54,421 nt of DNA, from NCBI GenBank assembly GCA_030591725.1, contig JAUVAN010000001.1, positions 1 through 54,421 on the forward strand. The letters are read 5' to 3'. Position 1 is the stretch's first letter, and the number at the start of each line of letters is the position of its first letter. The stretch is from Deltaproteobacteria bacterium (GTDB lineage Bacteria; Myxococcota_A; Polyangia; JAAYKL01). Below the pieces are notes generated by a model. The model was not told the origin of the DNA, ran no database searches, and saw only the letters and a list, made by a program, of their open reading frames with translations. Of the stretch, positions 35,727 to 45,166 are shown one piece after another. The position numbers and the translations under genes were made by a program.

Positions 35727-37109
35727 ATGACTGATCCAGAAAAACTGCCGGTGGCGGCGACCTTTACACCTAGAGAGATCGTTTCCGAGCTCGACCGCTA
35801 CATTATCGGGCAGAACAAGGCCAAGCGCGCGGTGGCCATTGCCTTGCGGAATCGCTGGAGGCGACAGCAGGTGGCGGGGGATCTTCGCGAGGAGATCTCG
35901 CCCAAGAACATCATCATGATCGGGCCCACCGGCGTCGGAAAGACCGAGATCGCCCGTCGGCTGGCCAAGCTCGCCCAGGCGCCATTCGTCAAGGTGGAGG
36001 CTTCCAAGTTCACCGAGGTCGGCTACGTGGGGCGGGATGTGGATTCCATCGTGAGGGACCTCGTCGAGGCATCCGTGTCGCTCGTGCGGCGCGAGGAGGA
36101 GGAGCGAATAAGGACCAAGGCGAAGGACATGGCCGAGGACAGAGTGCTGGAGATAATCGCGAGGGAGGAGAAGCCAGCTGTCACAGGGCCGTCGTACGAG
36201 ATGCCGGACCAGGCCGAGAAGGTCGTTACAGTCGAGGAGCTGCGGCCCAGGTTGCGGGCCGGAGAGTTCGATAAGCGATACATTGAGATGGAAGTAGCGG
36301 ACACGAACATGCCGATGGTCGAGGTGTTCAGCGCGGCCGGGCTCGAGGACATCAACCTCAAGGACATGTTCCAGAACCTCCCCGGGTTCAAGGATCGGAA
36401 GAAGAGGCGCAAGGTCAAGGTTCCCGAGGCGCTGGAGCTGTTCACCGGCCAGGAGGCCGAGAAGCTGATCGACATGGACGCGGTCCAGCAGGAGGGCCGT
36501 ACCCGCGCCGAGCAAACCGGAATAGTGTTCATCGACGAGATAGACAAGATCGTCGGGCGTAGCCGCAGTTCGGAAGGTCATGGACCGGACGTCTCACGGG
36601 AAGGCGTGCAAAGAGATCTCCTGCCCATGGTGGAGGGTTCCACGATCAACACGAAGTACGGTCCGGTCAAGACCGATCACGTGTTGTTCATCGCGGCGGG
36701 AGCGTTTCATGTGAGCAAACCGTCCGACATGGTGCCCGAACTGCAGGGCAGGTTTCCCATTCGTGTGGAGCTCGACTCCCTGGGCGCCGACGAATTTGTA
36801 CGAATTCTCACCGAGCCGAAGAACGCGCTGATCAAGCAGTACGTGGCGCTGATGGAAACCGAGGGCCTTTCGCTGAAGTTCGGGAAGGACGGTATCAACG
36901 AGGTTGCCCAGATAGCGGCCCGGGTCAACGACACCATGGAAAACATCGGCGCCCGGCGGCTGTACACGGTCCTGGAAAAACTCCTCGAGGAAATTTCGTT
37001 CAATGCCCCCGAGATGGGTGGACAAACGGTTGAAATCGATGCCGGAAAGGTTCAGGAATCGTTGTCCGGTACTCTGGAGAGCGAGGATCTGACGAGGTTC
37101 ATTCTCTGA
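35727..37109 (+). CDS. hslU: ATP-dependent protease ATPase subunit HslU
   Basis: [16 protein letters not shown], Walker [26 protein letters not shown], and C-terminal DLTRFIL. Confidence 0.95.
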   Translation: MTDPEKLPVAATFTPREIVSELDRYIIGQNKAKRAVAIALRNRWRRQQVAGDLREEISPKNIIMIGPTGVGKTEIARRLAKLAQAPFVKVEASKFTEVGYVGRDVDSIVRDLVEASVSLVRREEEERIRTKAKDMAEDRVLEIIAREEKPAVTGPSYEMPDQAEKVVTVEELRPRLRAGEFDKRYIEMEVADTNMPMVEVFSAAGLEDINLKDMFQNLPGFKDRKKRRKVKVPEALELFTGQEAEKLIDMDAVQQEGRTRAEQTGIVFIDEIDKIVGRSRSSEGHGPDVSREGVQRDLLPMVEGSTINTKYGPVKTDHVLFIAAGAFHVSKPSDMVPELQGRFPIRVELDSLGADEFVRILTEPKNALIKQYVALMETEGLSLKFGKDGINEVAQIAARVNDTMENIGARRLYTVLEKLLEEISFNAPEMGGQTVEIDAGKVQESLSGTLESEDLTRFIL

Positions 37110-37123
37110 TTTTAAATGGGGCA

Positions 37124-37159
37124 ATTGGCACAAATGTTTCTCTTGCCTATGCTTTTTTT
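37124..37159 (+). terminator. Candidate intrinsic terminator after hslU
   Basis: ATTGGCA-N13-TGCCTAT (one T-T mismatch) followed by GC + T7 (37153-37159). Confidence 0.4.
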
Positions 37160-37252
37160 CAGCCTAGAATAGTGTTTTCGAAAGACAAGCATGGGGTATT
37201 GGTATTTCAAGATGAATTTCAGTGATAGGCGCGTCCATATGACGAGGTTCGT

Positions 37253-38665
37253 ATGAAGTTGCCGGAATGTCGCCTGGTTCCCCGGGTTACAGAAACCGGT
37301 GATTCCGGCTCGTTGGACGTGATGGCCTCGCTTGTATTGTCCATGACTGATGGCAAGGCAACCATCTCAGAATTGGGTGAAATGTGTGGAATGGGTGACG
37401 AGTTGGCGCAGAAAATAGTCGCCAATCTCGTGAGCAAAGATCTGGTCAAAGTTCCCGGTTTTGGCGAAGACCGGCAAGACGCGGAACAACATAATAAGAT
37501 GTCCGAGGTTGACGCCCTTCTCGCGCGCATCGACGGGATGACTTTCTACGACATCCTGAGTGTCGCGCCGGATGCGAACCGAAAAGAGATGCGATCGTCC
37601 TACTTTTCGCTGTCCAAGAAGTTTCATCCCGACAGGGTCTTCGGCGACAAGAGCGGTAAGCAAAAGCGAAAAATGGAGATTGCTTTTGGGCGCATCACAC
37701 GAGCGTACGACACCCTGTCCAATAGCGACCAGCGAGCCGAATACGACGAGTACATCGCAGATCAGATCAAGTTGTGGAAAATAGAAAAACAACTCAAGGA
37801 CGCACTCGGCAAGGACGAGCCAAAAGAGAAGGATCGCCCGGAACCCAGGCCCATACCCAGGTCCTCGAGTCGCACTCCCACCAGACCGATCCAGATGAAT
37901 ACTATTGCGCCCAGGAGAATCCCACCCCGCTCCAGGCCGACCAACGTGCCTGCGTCTGTCGAAAGAGTTTCGTCCAAACCGCCCATAAGGAGACCTGCGA
38001 GAACATCGAACCCGCCCCAAAAGAAAGAGGGAAGCGGGTCCAATCCTGATCTGAACGCCCGAAGGGATCAGTTGAAACGAGAGCGCCTGTCTCGGGCTCT
38101 GGACCGGTCGCTATCCGAGAAGCCAAAGGATCAGAGGGCTCCGGTTATCGACAGGAAGATGGTTGAAAACAAGATGAATCACGCCCGGATTGCCCTGGAG
38201 CAACGAGAGTTTACGGATGCCGTCACTATTTTTGGAGAGATCCTGGCGCTGGATGGACGAAACGCAGAGGCGGCGGATCTGCTGGAGCAGGCCAAGGTCG
38301 GAGCACGACAAGCCATCGCCAAGGGCTATCTTCGCCAGGGGCGGTACGAGCGCAAGAACGGTGATTTCAGGCAGGCGAAAAGCCATTTCGACAAGGCCCT
38401 CCAGTCCGATCCGGAAAACCTGGAAGCGCGTCATCTACTTTCGCAGACTCTACTGGATCTGCGGTCCGAACTTCCGCGAGCTCTGGTGCTGTGCAGGGAG
38501 TTGACCCGCATGGGTGGACAGAAGGGTAGATATTTCGCTACTCTGGGGGAGCTTTTATTGTTGGCCAAGGAAAACGCGAAGGCCTGCGATGCTTTCGAGC
38601 AGGCGTTGCTGCTGGAACCGGACAACAGAGATTACAAGAAGCGTTACAAAACCTGTAAGGGCTGA
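37253..38665 (+). CDS. J-domain (DnaJ-like) protein with an N-terminal about 48-aa module, a basic/Pro-rich linker and C-terminal TPRs
   Basis: J-domain FYDILSVAPDANRKEMRSSYFSLSKKFHPDRV (HPD present). C-terminal TPR-like GDFRQAKSHFDKALQSDPEN and AKACDAFEQALLLEPDN. The start is uncertain. Confidence 0.8.
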   Translation: MKLPECRLVPRVTETGDSGSLDVMASLVLSMTDGKATISELGEMCGMGDELAQKIVANLVSKDLVKVPGFGEDRQDAEQHNKMSEVDALLARIDGMTFYDILSVAPDANRKEMRSSYFSLSKKFHPDRVFGDKSGKQKRKMEIAFGRITRAYDTLSNSDQRAEYDEYIADQIKLWKIEKQLKDALGKDEPKEKDRPEPRPIPRSSSRTPTRPIQMNTIAPRRIPPRSRPTNVPASVERVSSKPPIRRPARTSNPPQKKEGSGSNPDLNARRDQLKRERLSRALDRSLSEKPKDQRAPVIDRKMVENKMNHARIALEQREFTDAVTIFGEILALDGRNAEAADLLEQAKVGARQAIAKGYLRQGRYERKNGDFRQAKSHFDKALQSDPENLEARHLLSQTLLDLRSELPRALVLCRELTRMGGQKGRYFATLGELLLLAKENAKACDAFEQALLLEPDNRDYKKRYKTCKG

Positions 38666-38695
38666 CGTCGGCGCAAACAGGAAGAGGGAAATCGA

Positions 38696-40519
38696 ATGGA
38701 AAAAGTGATCGGCATCGATCTGGGGACCACAAACTCCTGCGTAGCAGTGGTTGAGGGAGATACACCGTCGGTTGTTCCCAATCGTGGTGGATACAAGACG
38801 ACGCCCTCAATGATTGCGGTAACAGAGGCCGAGAAGAGGCTCGTTGGTCACATCGCAAAACGTCAGGCGATCACCAACGCGGAAAACACGGTCTACGCAT
38901 CCAAGCGCCTGATCGGAAGAAAGTGGCAGTCTCCGCCGGTTATGGCAGCCAAGGAATCGGCTCCTTACAAGGTGTCGGAGGGGCCCCACGACGACGTGCG
39001 CATTGAGCTGAGGGGCAAGCTCTACTCCATTCCCGAGATCTCCGCGATGATCCTTCAGGAGATGAAGATAGTTGCAGAGGATTATCTCGGCGAGTTGGCA
39101 GAGAAGGCCGTGGTTACGGTTCCGGCTTATTTCAACGACAACCAGCGTCAGGCGACGCGTGATGCAGGACTCATCGCCGGGCTCGAGGTTATTCGCATCA
39201 TCAACGAGCCGACCGCCGCGGCGCTGGCATATGGCTTCGGCAAGAAGATCGATCGGCTGGTGGCCATTTACGACCTGGGCGGAGGAACGTTTGATATTTC
39301 CATATTGGAGATCGGTTCCAACGAAGTGTTCAAGGTCATCTCCACCGCAGGGGACACCTTCCTCGGAGGTGAGGATTTCGATACCCGGATCATGGACTGG
39401 CTGGTTCAGGGCTTCATGGATGATCACGGCGTCGATCTTCGGCAGGACAAGATGGCCCTTCAGCGCCTGAAAGATGCAGCGGAGAAGGCCAAGATCGAGC
39501 TGTCCGGCCAGAACGAGGTCGAGATCAATCTTCCGTTCATCATCTCGGTGGGCCAGAATGAGGCGCTTCATCTCCAGCGGTCGCTTCGGCGCGAGTCTTT
39601 CGAGGAGCTGTGCGTGGATCTCATTTCACGCACCGTCGATATCTGCGCCGCCACTCTGAGGGAGTCCGGGCTCGACAAGGGCGAGATAGAGGACGTCATC
39701 CTGGTCGGCGGCATGACAAGAGTGCCCGCCGTGCAAAAAGCCGTTTCGGAATTTTTCGGCCGTGAACCGTGCAAGGGTGTTCATCCCGATGAAGTAGTTG
39801 CCCTTGGAGCGGCCATTCAGGCTGTCGCACTTGTGGACGAGGGAAGCGAGATGCTTCTCCTCGACGTCACGCCGCACACGCTGGGCATCATGATCGTGGG
39901 AGGATATTTCGAGGAGTTGATCCCGCAGAACTCCACGGTTCCCACCGAGAGATCCAAGATCTTCACCACGGTGCGCGACAACCAGACTGCGGTCAAGATC
40001 CTTGTGTTGCAGGGCGAGAGCGAGCGTGCGGAGGAGAACGAGCTTCTCGGCGAGTTTGTCCTTACGGGGCTTCGCAAGGCTCCAAAGGGTCAGATTGAGG
40101 TGGAGGTGACGTTTGAAATAAACGCCGACGGGATCGTGAGCGTATCTGCCAAGGACCTCGAGACCGGGCTCAAACAATCCATCAATGTGACCGCTTCTTC
40201 AGGCCTGACTCCGGACGAGATCAAGGACATGGTGGAGGATAGCAAGGACTACCTTGTCGACCGTCGTTCCACGGAAGAATTCGATACTGCGAGGCAGGAT
40301 GCCGAGAAGATCATCCGTGAGCTGGACAGGATGTTCTCCAAGGTGGAGGAAATGGTGACGGGCTCCGAGTTTGGGCAGGAGGCGCTGGCAAAGGCCAAGG
40401 ATCTGATCGAACGTTCCCATAAGGCCATCGAGGCCAGAGACCTGCAGATGGTGCTGGAATCTATCGAGATCCTGAAACGAACCCAGAAAATGTTCAAGGG
40501 AGTACTGGCGCGGAGTTGA
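38696..40519 (+). CDS. Hsp70 family chaperone (DnaK paralogue)
   Basis: 607 aa. [25 protein letters not shown] and [10 protein letters not shown], plus a complete substrate-binding domain. It lacks the usual Gly/acidic DnaK tail, and there is no adjacent grpE. Confidence 0.9.
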   Translation: MEKVIGIDLGTTNSCVAVVEGDTPSVVPNRGGYKTTPSMIAVTEAEKRLVGHIAKRQAITNAENTVYASKRLIGRKWQSPPVMAAKESAPYKVSEGPHDDVRIELRGKLYSIPEISAMILQEMKIVAEDYLGELAEKAVVTVPAYFNDNQRQATRDAGLIAGLEVIRIINEPTAAALAYGFGKKIDRLVAIYDLGGGTFDISILEIGSNEVFKVISTAGDTFLGGEDFDTRIMDWLVQGFMDDHGVDLRQDKMALQRLKDAAEKAKIELSGQNEVEINLPFIISVGQNEALHLQRSLRRESFEELCVDLISRTVDICAATLRESGLDKGEIEDVILVGGMTRVPAVQKAVSEFFGREPCKGVHPDEVVALGAAIQAVALVDEGSEMLLLDVTPHTLGIMIVGGYFEELIPQNSTVPTERSKIFTTVRDNQTAVKILVLQGESERAEENELLGEFVLTGLRKAPKGQIEVEVTFEINADGIVSVSAKDLETGLKQSINVTASSGLTPDEIKDMVEDSKDYLVDRRSTEEFDTARQDAEKIIRELDRMFSKVEEMVTGSEFGQEALAKAKDLIERSHKAIEARDLQMVLESIEILKRTQKMFKGVLARS

Positions 40520-40546
40520 TCAGTACCTCTTCATATCGGTGGAACG

Positions 40547-41401
40547 ATGAGCGAAGAGAAGAAGAACAACAAGTGGGCCAAGGTGCTCGACGAGGCTGGA
40601 CTTCTCGAAGATATTGAAGAAGGCTGGAGTATCCACGAGAGCTCGGTGGCTGGATCTACCATCACCGTGAAGAGTTCGGGATCCGACGCCATCCCGACCA
40701 CGGTTGCTCCTCCCAGACACAAGATGAAACGCAAGGATCACGAACTTGTCAGTGATTCCAGGCAGCCGGCGGCGGCGCAAAGCGGGCCCCCTCAACCGTA
40801 CATCGATGTTTCCAGCGCCAAGGAGACCAAGGTGGGGCTCTCGGACGCTTTGGCCCATGACTCCGACCCGGCGGAGGCAATCCCGATGCGGGAGCGGATC
40901 TCCAATGTGGGATCGGCGCGGATATCCGTTATCCCGGAGGCTGGCGAACCAATCATGTCCGGTCGGCCGGAGGCCATAGTAGATGAACCGGTGACGGAGG
41001 AAAGGCCGGCCCTCGATACTGATACATATCCCCCCAGAGATCTGCGGCGGGAGATGCGCGAATGCTACGAGGCGGGGGACTATTCCGGCGCCCTCGATCT
41101 GGCGGAGCGTATCCTCGTTGAATTTCCCGACGACGTAAACGTTTTACGGAGCAGGATGAATTTCCGCGACGTGCTCATCAAGATGTACGAGTCCACGATC
41201 GGTTCCTTCGATCGGGTTCCGAGGGCGGTGGTTTCCGATCGCGAGATAATCTGGCGAAACCTGGATTCCGCCGCCGGGTTCATACTGTCTCGGATCGACG
41301 GGACGATCTCGTTCGAGGACATCATAGATATTTCCGGGTTTCCCCGATTCGAGACCTGCAGGATACTCAGCCGACTGCTCAAAGACGGCATCATATCGTA
41401 G
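40547..41401 (+). CDS. Hypothetical 284-aa protein: acidic/low-complexity N-half, one TPR-like unit, and a C-terminal module shared with the J-protein
   Basis: Starts 27 nt after the Hsp70 stop. The C-terminal LDSAAGFILSRIDGTISFEDIIDISGFPRFETCRILSRLLKDGII aligns with J-protein residues 19-67. Confidence 0.65.
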   Translation: MSEEKKNNKWAKVLDEAGLLEDIEEGWSIHESSVAGSTITVKSSGSDAIPTTVAPPRHKMKRKDHELVSDSRQPAAAQSGPPQPYIDVSSAKETKVGLSDALAHDSDPAEAIPMRERISNVGSARISVIPEAGEPIMSGRPEAIVDEPVTEERPALDTDTYPPRDLRREMRECYEAGDYSGALDLAERILVEFPDDVNVLRSRMNFRDVLIKMYESTIGSFDRVPRAVVSDREIIWRNLDSAAGFILSRIDGTISFEDIIDISGFPRFETCRILSRLLKDGIIS

Positions 41402-41404
41402 AAA

Positions 41405-42451
41405 TTGAAATTGAGAGAACCAGTAGTTTGGGCTGTCGCGCTGATCGTATTGGTCGGAGGATGGGGTTCCGTTGCCGTGGGGGAGGACGACGGGGTGCCT
41501 TCGATCATTGTCGTTCGCATGAGAGTAATCGTCCTTCGTGGCTCACCCGGACGGGCGCCCATCGTCGGTGGTGATGAAGCCGGTGTCTGGGAGGTGATTC
41601 GACATCAGGTCGAGGTGGTGAATCAGGTGATGTCCCAGTGTCACATTCGGGTGGGGGGGCCGGATGAGGTGGATATTGTGATCGCCGATCCGCCGGGTCC
41701 TTGCCTGCTCTCGGTGGGAGAAAAGTACGGGTTGCCATCTTCCGGGGGCGAGGTGAGGTTGATGCTCGATGGGGAAAAGCTGGGCCCCTGGAATATCGCC
41801 GGCGACTTGACTCCCGAGCAGACGGCCCGGGTTCTCTTTCGATACATCGAGGATGCCGGATTCAAACCCGATCTGACCGTCGGAATCAGGGGCCCCTCCG
41901 ACGCGTTTGCGCGAGCGGATCTGCTGGTGCGGCGCGTAGATGGGACGCTGGCCGAGATCGAACGGTGGCCACACGAACCGCTAACAACGGATTCGATGCA
42001 ATCCATTGACATTGGGATGGTTCGGCTGGACGACGGGCTCGAGTCATACGGGGTGAACGAGATTAACATTGGCACCCTCGAGGAGCGAACGCTTCTGAGG
42101 GCGTTGTCCAGCAAGGAGCCTGGAACCGTGGAGATCTTTATAGTCAATCGGTTCGCAGGATCACACAAGCAGGGAGAGTCGTTCATCGCTTCGTCCGCCG
42201 GGACTCTCGGGGACGCCGCCATCCTCGATTGGCGCGCCCTGGGGCGTGCGCGAACAGCGTATACGTTTGCTCACGAACTCGGGCACTTGTTGCTCGGGGA
42301 TCTTTCGCACCCTGATTCAAGGGGCGACCGAAGGACGTGGTTGCTCATGCACTCGCGCGCCAGTTCCGCAGTGGGGGGACCTGCGCGGATCACCGAAGAG
42401 CAGTGCACGAGAATGAGGGAGAGATGGGGGGAAATTAGAGCTTCTTTTTGA
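41405..42451 (+). CDS. Secreted HExxH-motif protein (putative zinc metallopeptidase)
   Basis: TTG start 3 nt after the previous stop. Signal-like N-terminus VVWAVALIVLVGGWGSVAVG. FAHELGHLLLGDLSHPD near the C-terminus. Confidence 0.6.
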   Translation: MKLREPVVWAVALIVLVGGWGSVAVGEDDGVPSIIVVRMRVIVLRGSPGRAPIVGGDEAGVWEVIRHQVEVVNQVMSQCHIRVGGPDEVDIVIADPPGPCLLSVGEKYGLPSSGGEVRLMLDGEKLGPWNIAGDLTPEQTARVLFRYIEDAGFKPDLTVGIRGPSDAFARADLLVRRVDGTLAEIERWPHEPLTTDSMQSIDIGMVRLDDGLESYGVNEINIGTLEERTLLRALSSKEPGTVEIFIVNRFAGSHKQGESFIASSAGTLGDAAILDWRALGRARTAYTFAHELGHLLLGDLSHPDSRGDRRTWLLMHSRASSAVGGPARITEEQCTRMRERWGEIRASF

Positions 42452-43025
42452 ACTTGAATGGCTTGTCGAAAACGGCGCGACCTCCTTCGGGTGCGGGGAA
42501 CTTCCATTTTCTTATAGTGCTCTTTACGCAGCCGGTCATGGTCGAATCGCCGACCGTATCTTTGTTCACGCCGATGCCCGTCACCTTGCCCTTCGGGGAG
42601 ATGGCGATGCGAAGATCGAGAGTACCTTCCAGCATGGGGTTCAGTTTGAGACGCCGTTCGTAACATGCTCTCACCTGGCTGAATCGCGAGTTGATGAATA
42701 CCTTGACCTGGCGCGCGTCGATCTTGCCCATTGGTTCCGATGCTTGACCCCTGGGGCGATTTCCCTTTGGGGGTTGTGGAACCTCGATAGCCACTGTCGA
42801 TCCGGCGTCCTGTGGCTTCTGTTCTATTGGATTCATATTGTCCGAAATTACGAGCGGGGCCGGCATTTCGATCGGCTCATCAATCACCGGAGGCGCATCT
42901 TTACGCCCGGTCGGAGCGGAGCGTTGCATGAAGAAAACCACGCCGGCGATTATCAGTATAATGACACCACCTGCGAGTAGGAGAACTATACCTTTGCTTC
43001 CTTGCGAACCTTGATTGTCAGCCAT
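42435..43025 (-). CDS. Membrane-anchored protein with an AgmX/PglI-type (TonB-C-like) C-terminal domain
   Basis: N-terminal TM IVLLLAGGVIILIIAGVVFF, a Pro-rich spacer, and C-terminal VRACYERRLKLNPMLEGTLDLRIAISPKGKV ... CVKSTIRKWKFP. Confidence 0.6.
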   Translation of the reverse strand: MADNQGSQGSKGIVLLLAGGVIILIIAGVVFFMQRSAPTGRKDAPPVIDEPIEMPAPLVISDNMNPIEQKPQDAGSTVAIEVPQPPKGNRPRGQASEPMGKIDARQVKVFINSRFSQVRACYERRLKLNPMLEGTLDLRIAISPKGKVTGIGVNKDTVGDSTMTGCVKSTIRKWKFPAPEGGRAVFDKPFKFKKKL

Positions 43026-43231
43026 CTATATACCTCCGAAAGGAGAAGTGTAGCACACACCCGAACCTAAACAATATTTCTACTGGCAACCCGTCAAATT
43101 TCAATTTGCGAGATACCTGCCCATCTTTTCCCACTGCTATAACATGTCAATATTAAACAAAGAATTTAAGAAAAAGATAATGCCGCAATAATATGCCGTT
43201 GTGCTGTAACATGTGGAAGATACAAAAAAAA

Positions 43232-43261
43232 TTGACAATTTCAATGACATATGTCTATTTG
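43232..43261 (+). promoter_or_regulatory. Candidate dcw (Pmra-like) promoter
   Basis: Perfect -35 TTGACA (43232-43237) with a weak -10 (TATTTG at N18) in a very AT-rich 270-nt gap. An alternative is TTAAAC-N17-GATAAT at 43153-43181. Confidence 0.3.
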
Positions 43262-43274
43262 GAAATAATCAGAA

Positions 43275-43290
43275 GTGGGAAAAAGTGGGA
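43275..43290 (+). promoter_or_regulatory. Two GTGGGA boxes at 10-bp spacing: putative MraZ operator
   Basis: aaGTGGGAaaaaGTGGGAtag lies immediately upstream of the mraZ ATG (43298). MraZ operators elsewhere are direct GTGG(G/T) repeats with 10-bp phasing. Confidence 0.45.
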
Positions 43291-43297
43291 TAGGTAC

Positions 43298-43750
43298 ATG
43301 TTCAAGGGACGATATGATCATGCGGTAGACCTGAAGGGGAGGGCGAGCTTGCCATCGCGTTTTCGCGAGAATATCGCCGGCCTCCACGATGATCGCGTCG
43401 TTCTGACCTTTGCCCTCGATGCCGAGTATCCGCATCTCGATGTGTTTCCGTATACCGCCTGGCGGGAGTTCGAGCAAAAACTCGCCCAAAAACCTATCTT
43501 CGATCCGAGTGTCACCATGCTCAAGAGACTTTACGTGGCCGACGCTGTGGAATGTCAGATCGATAGCCACGGTCGCATACTCATCCCGCAATTTCACAGG
43601 GCGCGCGCCGAGATCGTCAAGGAGGTCGTGTGGCTCGGGATGAACAGGATAATGGAGATATGGGAGCCAAGGCGCTGGCAGGCAGCGCAAGACGAGGCAA
43701 GTAGCCGAATTCAGGATGTGCGCCGCGAGCTTGCGGGGTTTGACCTCTAG
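43298..43750 (+). CDS. mraZ: Transcriptional regulator MraZ
   Basis: MFKGRYDHAVDLKGRASLPSRFRE and a second SpoVT/AbrB-like half with GRILIPQ. 150 aa from the ATG at 43298. Confidence 0.9.
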   Translation: MFKGRYDHAVDLKGRASLPSRFRENIAGLHDDRVVLTFALDAEYPHLDVFPYTAWREFEQKLAQKPIFDPSVTMLKRLYVADAVECQIDSHGRILIPQFHRARAEIVKEVVWLGMNRIMEIWEPRRWQAAQDEASSRIQDVRRELAGFDL

Positions 43751-43764
43751 TAGGTGTTTTTGCG

Positions 43765-44703
43765 ATGAACGTTCATTTCGAACACAAGCCGGTACTTTTG
43801 CAAGAGGTGATGGAACTGCTCTCGCCTGTGCCTGGAGGCGTGTACTGCGATGCGACGGTGGGTGGCGGCGGCCATGCGGAGACTCTTCTGGAAATGACCT
43901 CTCCGGACGGTCGTGTCGTGGGAATCGACAGGGATATGGATGCGGTCGCCGCAGCTCGAAGTAGACTCGCACGCTTCGGGGATCGGGTATCGATTCATCA
44001 CGGTCGTTTCTCTCAGATTGACGAGCTCCTTTCGAACGTGGGTATCTCCAGGCTTGACGGGCTCCTGCTGGATCTCGGGATCTCTTCTCATCAGGTGGAT
44101 CTTGCGAGCAGGGGATTTTCCTTCATGCGGGCGGGGCCGCTCGACATGCGAATGGACGCGTCTGCGGGAGAGACTGCGGCCGGTTTGCTCAACAGGACGA
44201 GTGAGGACGATCTGGCGGACACCATTTACAAGTTTGGCGGAGAGCGGTTGTCCAGGAAAGTTGCCAGATCTATCAAGCGTATGGAGGCCGACGGGAACCT
44301 GGCCACCACCGCCGATCTGGCAGTGGCCGTGAGAAGAGTTGTTGGTCGGAGCAAAAAGGGCGGCATTGATCCCGCGACCCGCACGTTTCAGGCGATAAGG
44401 ATAGCGGTCAACGATGAGCTCGGTGAGCTGGAGACGTTGCTCGATCTCCTGCCGGAGCCCCTGGCGGTGGGAGGCACTGTTGTGATCATAACGTTTCATT
44501 CGCTGGAAGACAGAATGGTAAAACGTCGATTCGCCCAACTTGCCGATCCCTGCGAGTGTCCTCCCGGGATGCCCGTGTGCAACTGCCCCGCGCCTCTGGT
44601 CGAGTATGTCACGCGCAGATCGGTGCGCATCAGCGCGGCGAAGGTAAAAGAAAACCAGAGAGCGCGCAGCGCAAAAGCTCGGGCCGTGCGGAGGGTACGG
44701 TGA
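43765..44703 (+). CDS. rsmH: 16S rRNA (cytosine1402-N4)-methyltransferase
   Basis: HKPVLLQEV ... DATVGGGGHAE ... DLGISSHQ ... SFHSLEDR. Confidence 0.95.
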   Translation: MNVHFEHKPVLLQEVMELLSPVPGGVYCDATVGGGGHAETLLEMTSPDGRVVGIDRDMDAVAAARSRLARFGDRVSIHHGRFSQIDELLSNVGISRLDGLLLDLGISSHQVDLASRGFSFMRAGPLDMRMDASAGETAAGLLNRTSEDDLADTIYKFGGERLSRKVARSIKRMEADGNLATTADLAVAVRRVVGRSKKGGIDPATRTFQAIRIAVNDELGELETLLDLLPEPLAVGGTVVIITFHSLEDRMVKRRFAQLADPCECPPGMPVCNCPAPLVEYVTRRSVRISAAKVKENQRARSAKARAVRRVR

Positions 44704-45164
44704 GCGGTCGCAGGCGCCAGGGGCCTTATGCGCATCCGGGTGCGAAGGGCACCGGTATACTGTCCGGGCTCATGCGAAAACCTGCGCGCCCTGCGCGGAA
44801 CGCTGGCCAGTCGTTCGTATCTCGGGACGGGGTTCGAAAGGTCGATTCGCCTGGTATGAGCATTCTTTACGTTCTCATGATGACCGTGGTGATTGCGATT
44901 GTCTGCGGAGCGTTCATCTTTCATCTGAGCGTTCGCTTCGAAGGTGTCCGGCTGGGTTACGAGACCAGCAAGGCGCGTTCTGCCAAGACGAGGTTGTTGC
45001 TGGAGCGCCGAGAGCTGCGCCTGGAATTGGCATCCCTGAAGGCCCCGGAGCGTGTGGAGGTCGATGCCCGGGAGAAGCTCGGTATGGAAGTGCCGGATCA
45101 TAGCCGGATCGTGCCGATCGATCGCAAGCGTAAAGTGGTTTCGGTTTCCGGAGGAGCTCTGTAG
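44700..45164 (+). CDS. ftsL: Cell division protein FtsL-like
   Basis: Single TM MSILYVLMMTVVIAIVCGAFIF followed by a coiled coil (LLLERRELRLELASL). The start is uncertain. The GTG at 44700 has SD GGAGGG 4 nt upstream and overlaps the rsmH stop (GTGA). ATG alternatives lie at 44772 and 44856. Confidence 0.65.
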   Translation: MSGRRRQGPYAHPGAKGTGILSGLMRKPARPARNAGQSFVSRDGVRKVDSPGMSILYVLMMTVVIAIVCGAFIFHLSVRFEGVRLGYETSKARSAKTRLLLERRELRLELASLKAPERVEVDAREKLGMEVPDHSRIVPIDRKRKVVSVSGGAL

Positions 45165-45166
45165 CC

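Noticed and set aside
37126-37140. Sigma54-like TGGCAC-N5-TTTC upstream of the J-domain/Hsp70 operon.
   Set aside because: The -12 element lacks the conserved GC. The TGGCA also forms the left arm of a terminator-like hairpin followed by T7, which explains it better. Only a weak possibility remains.
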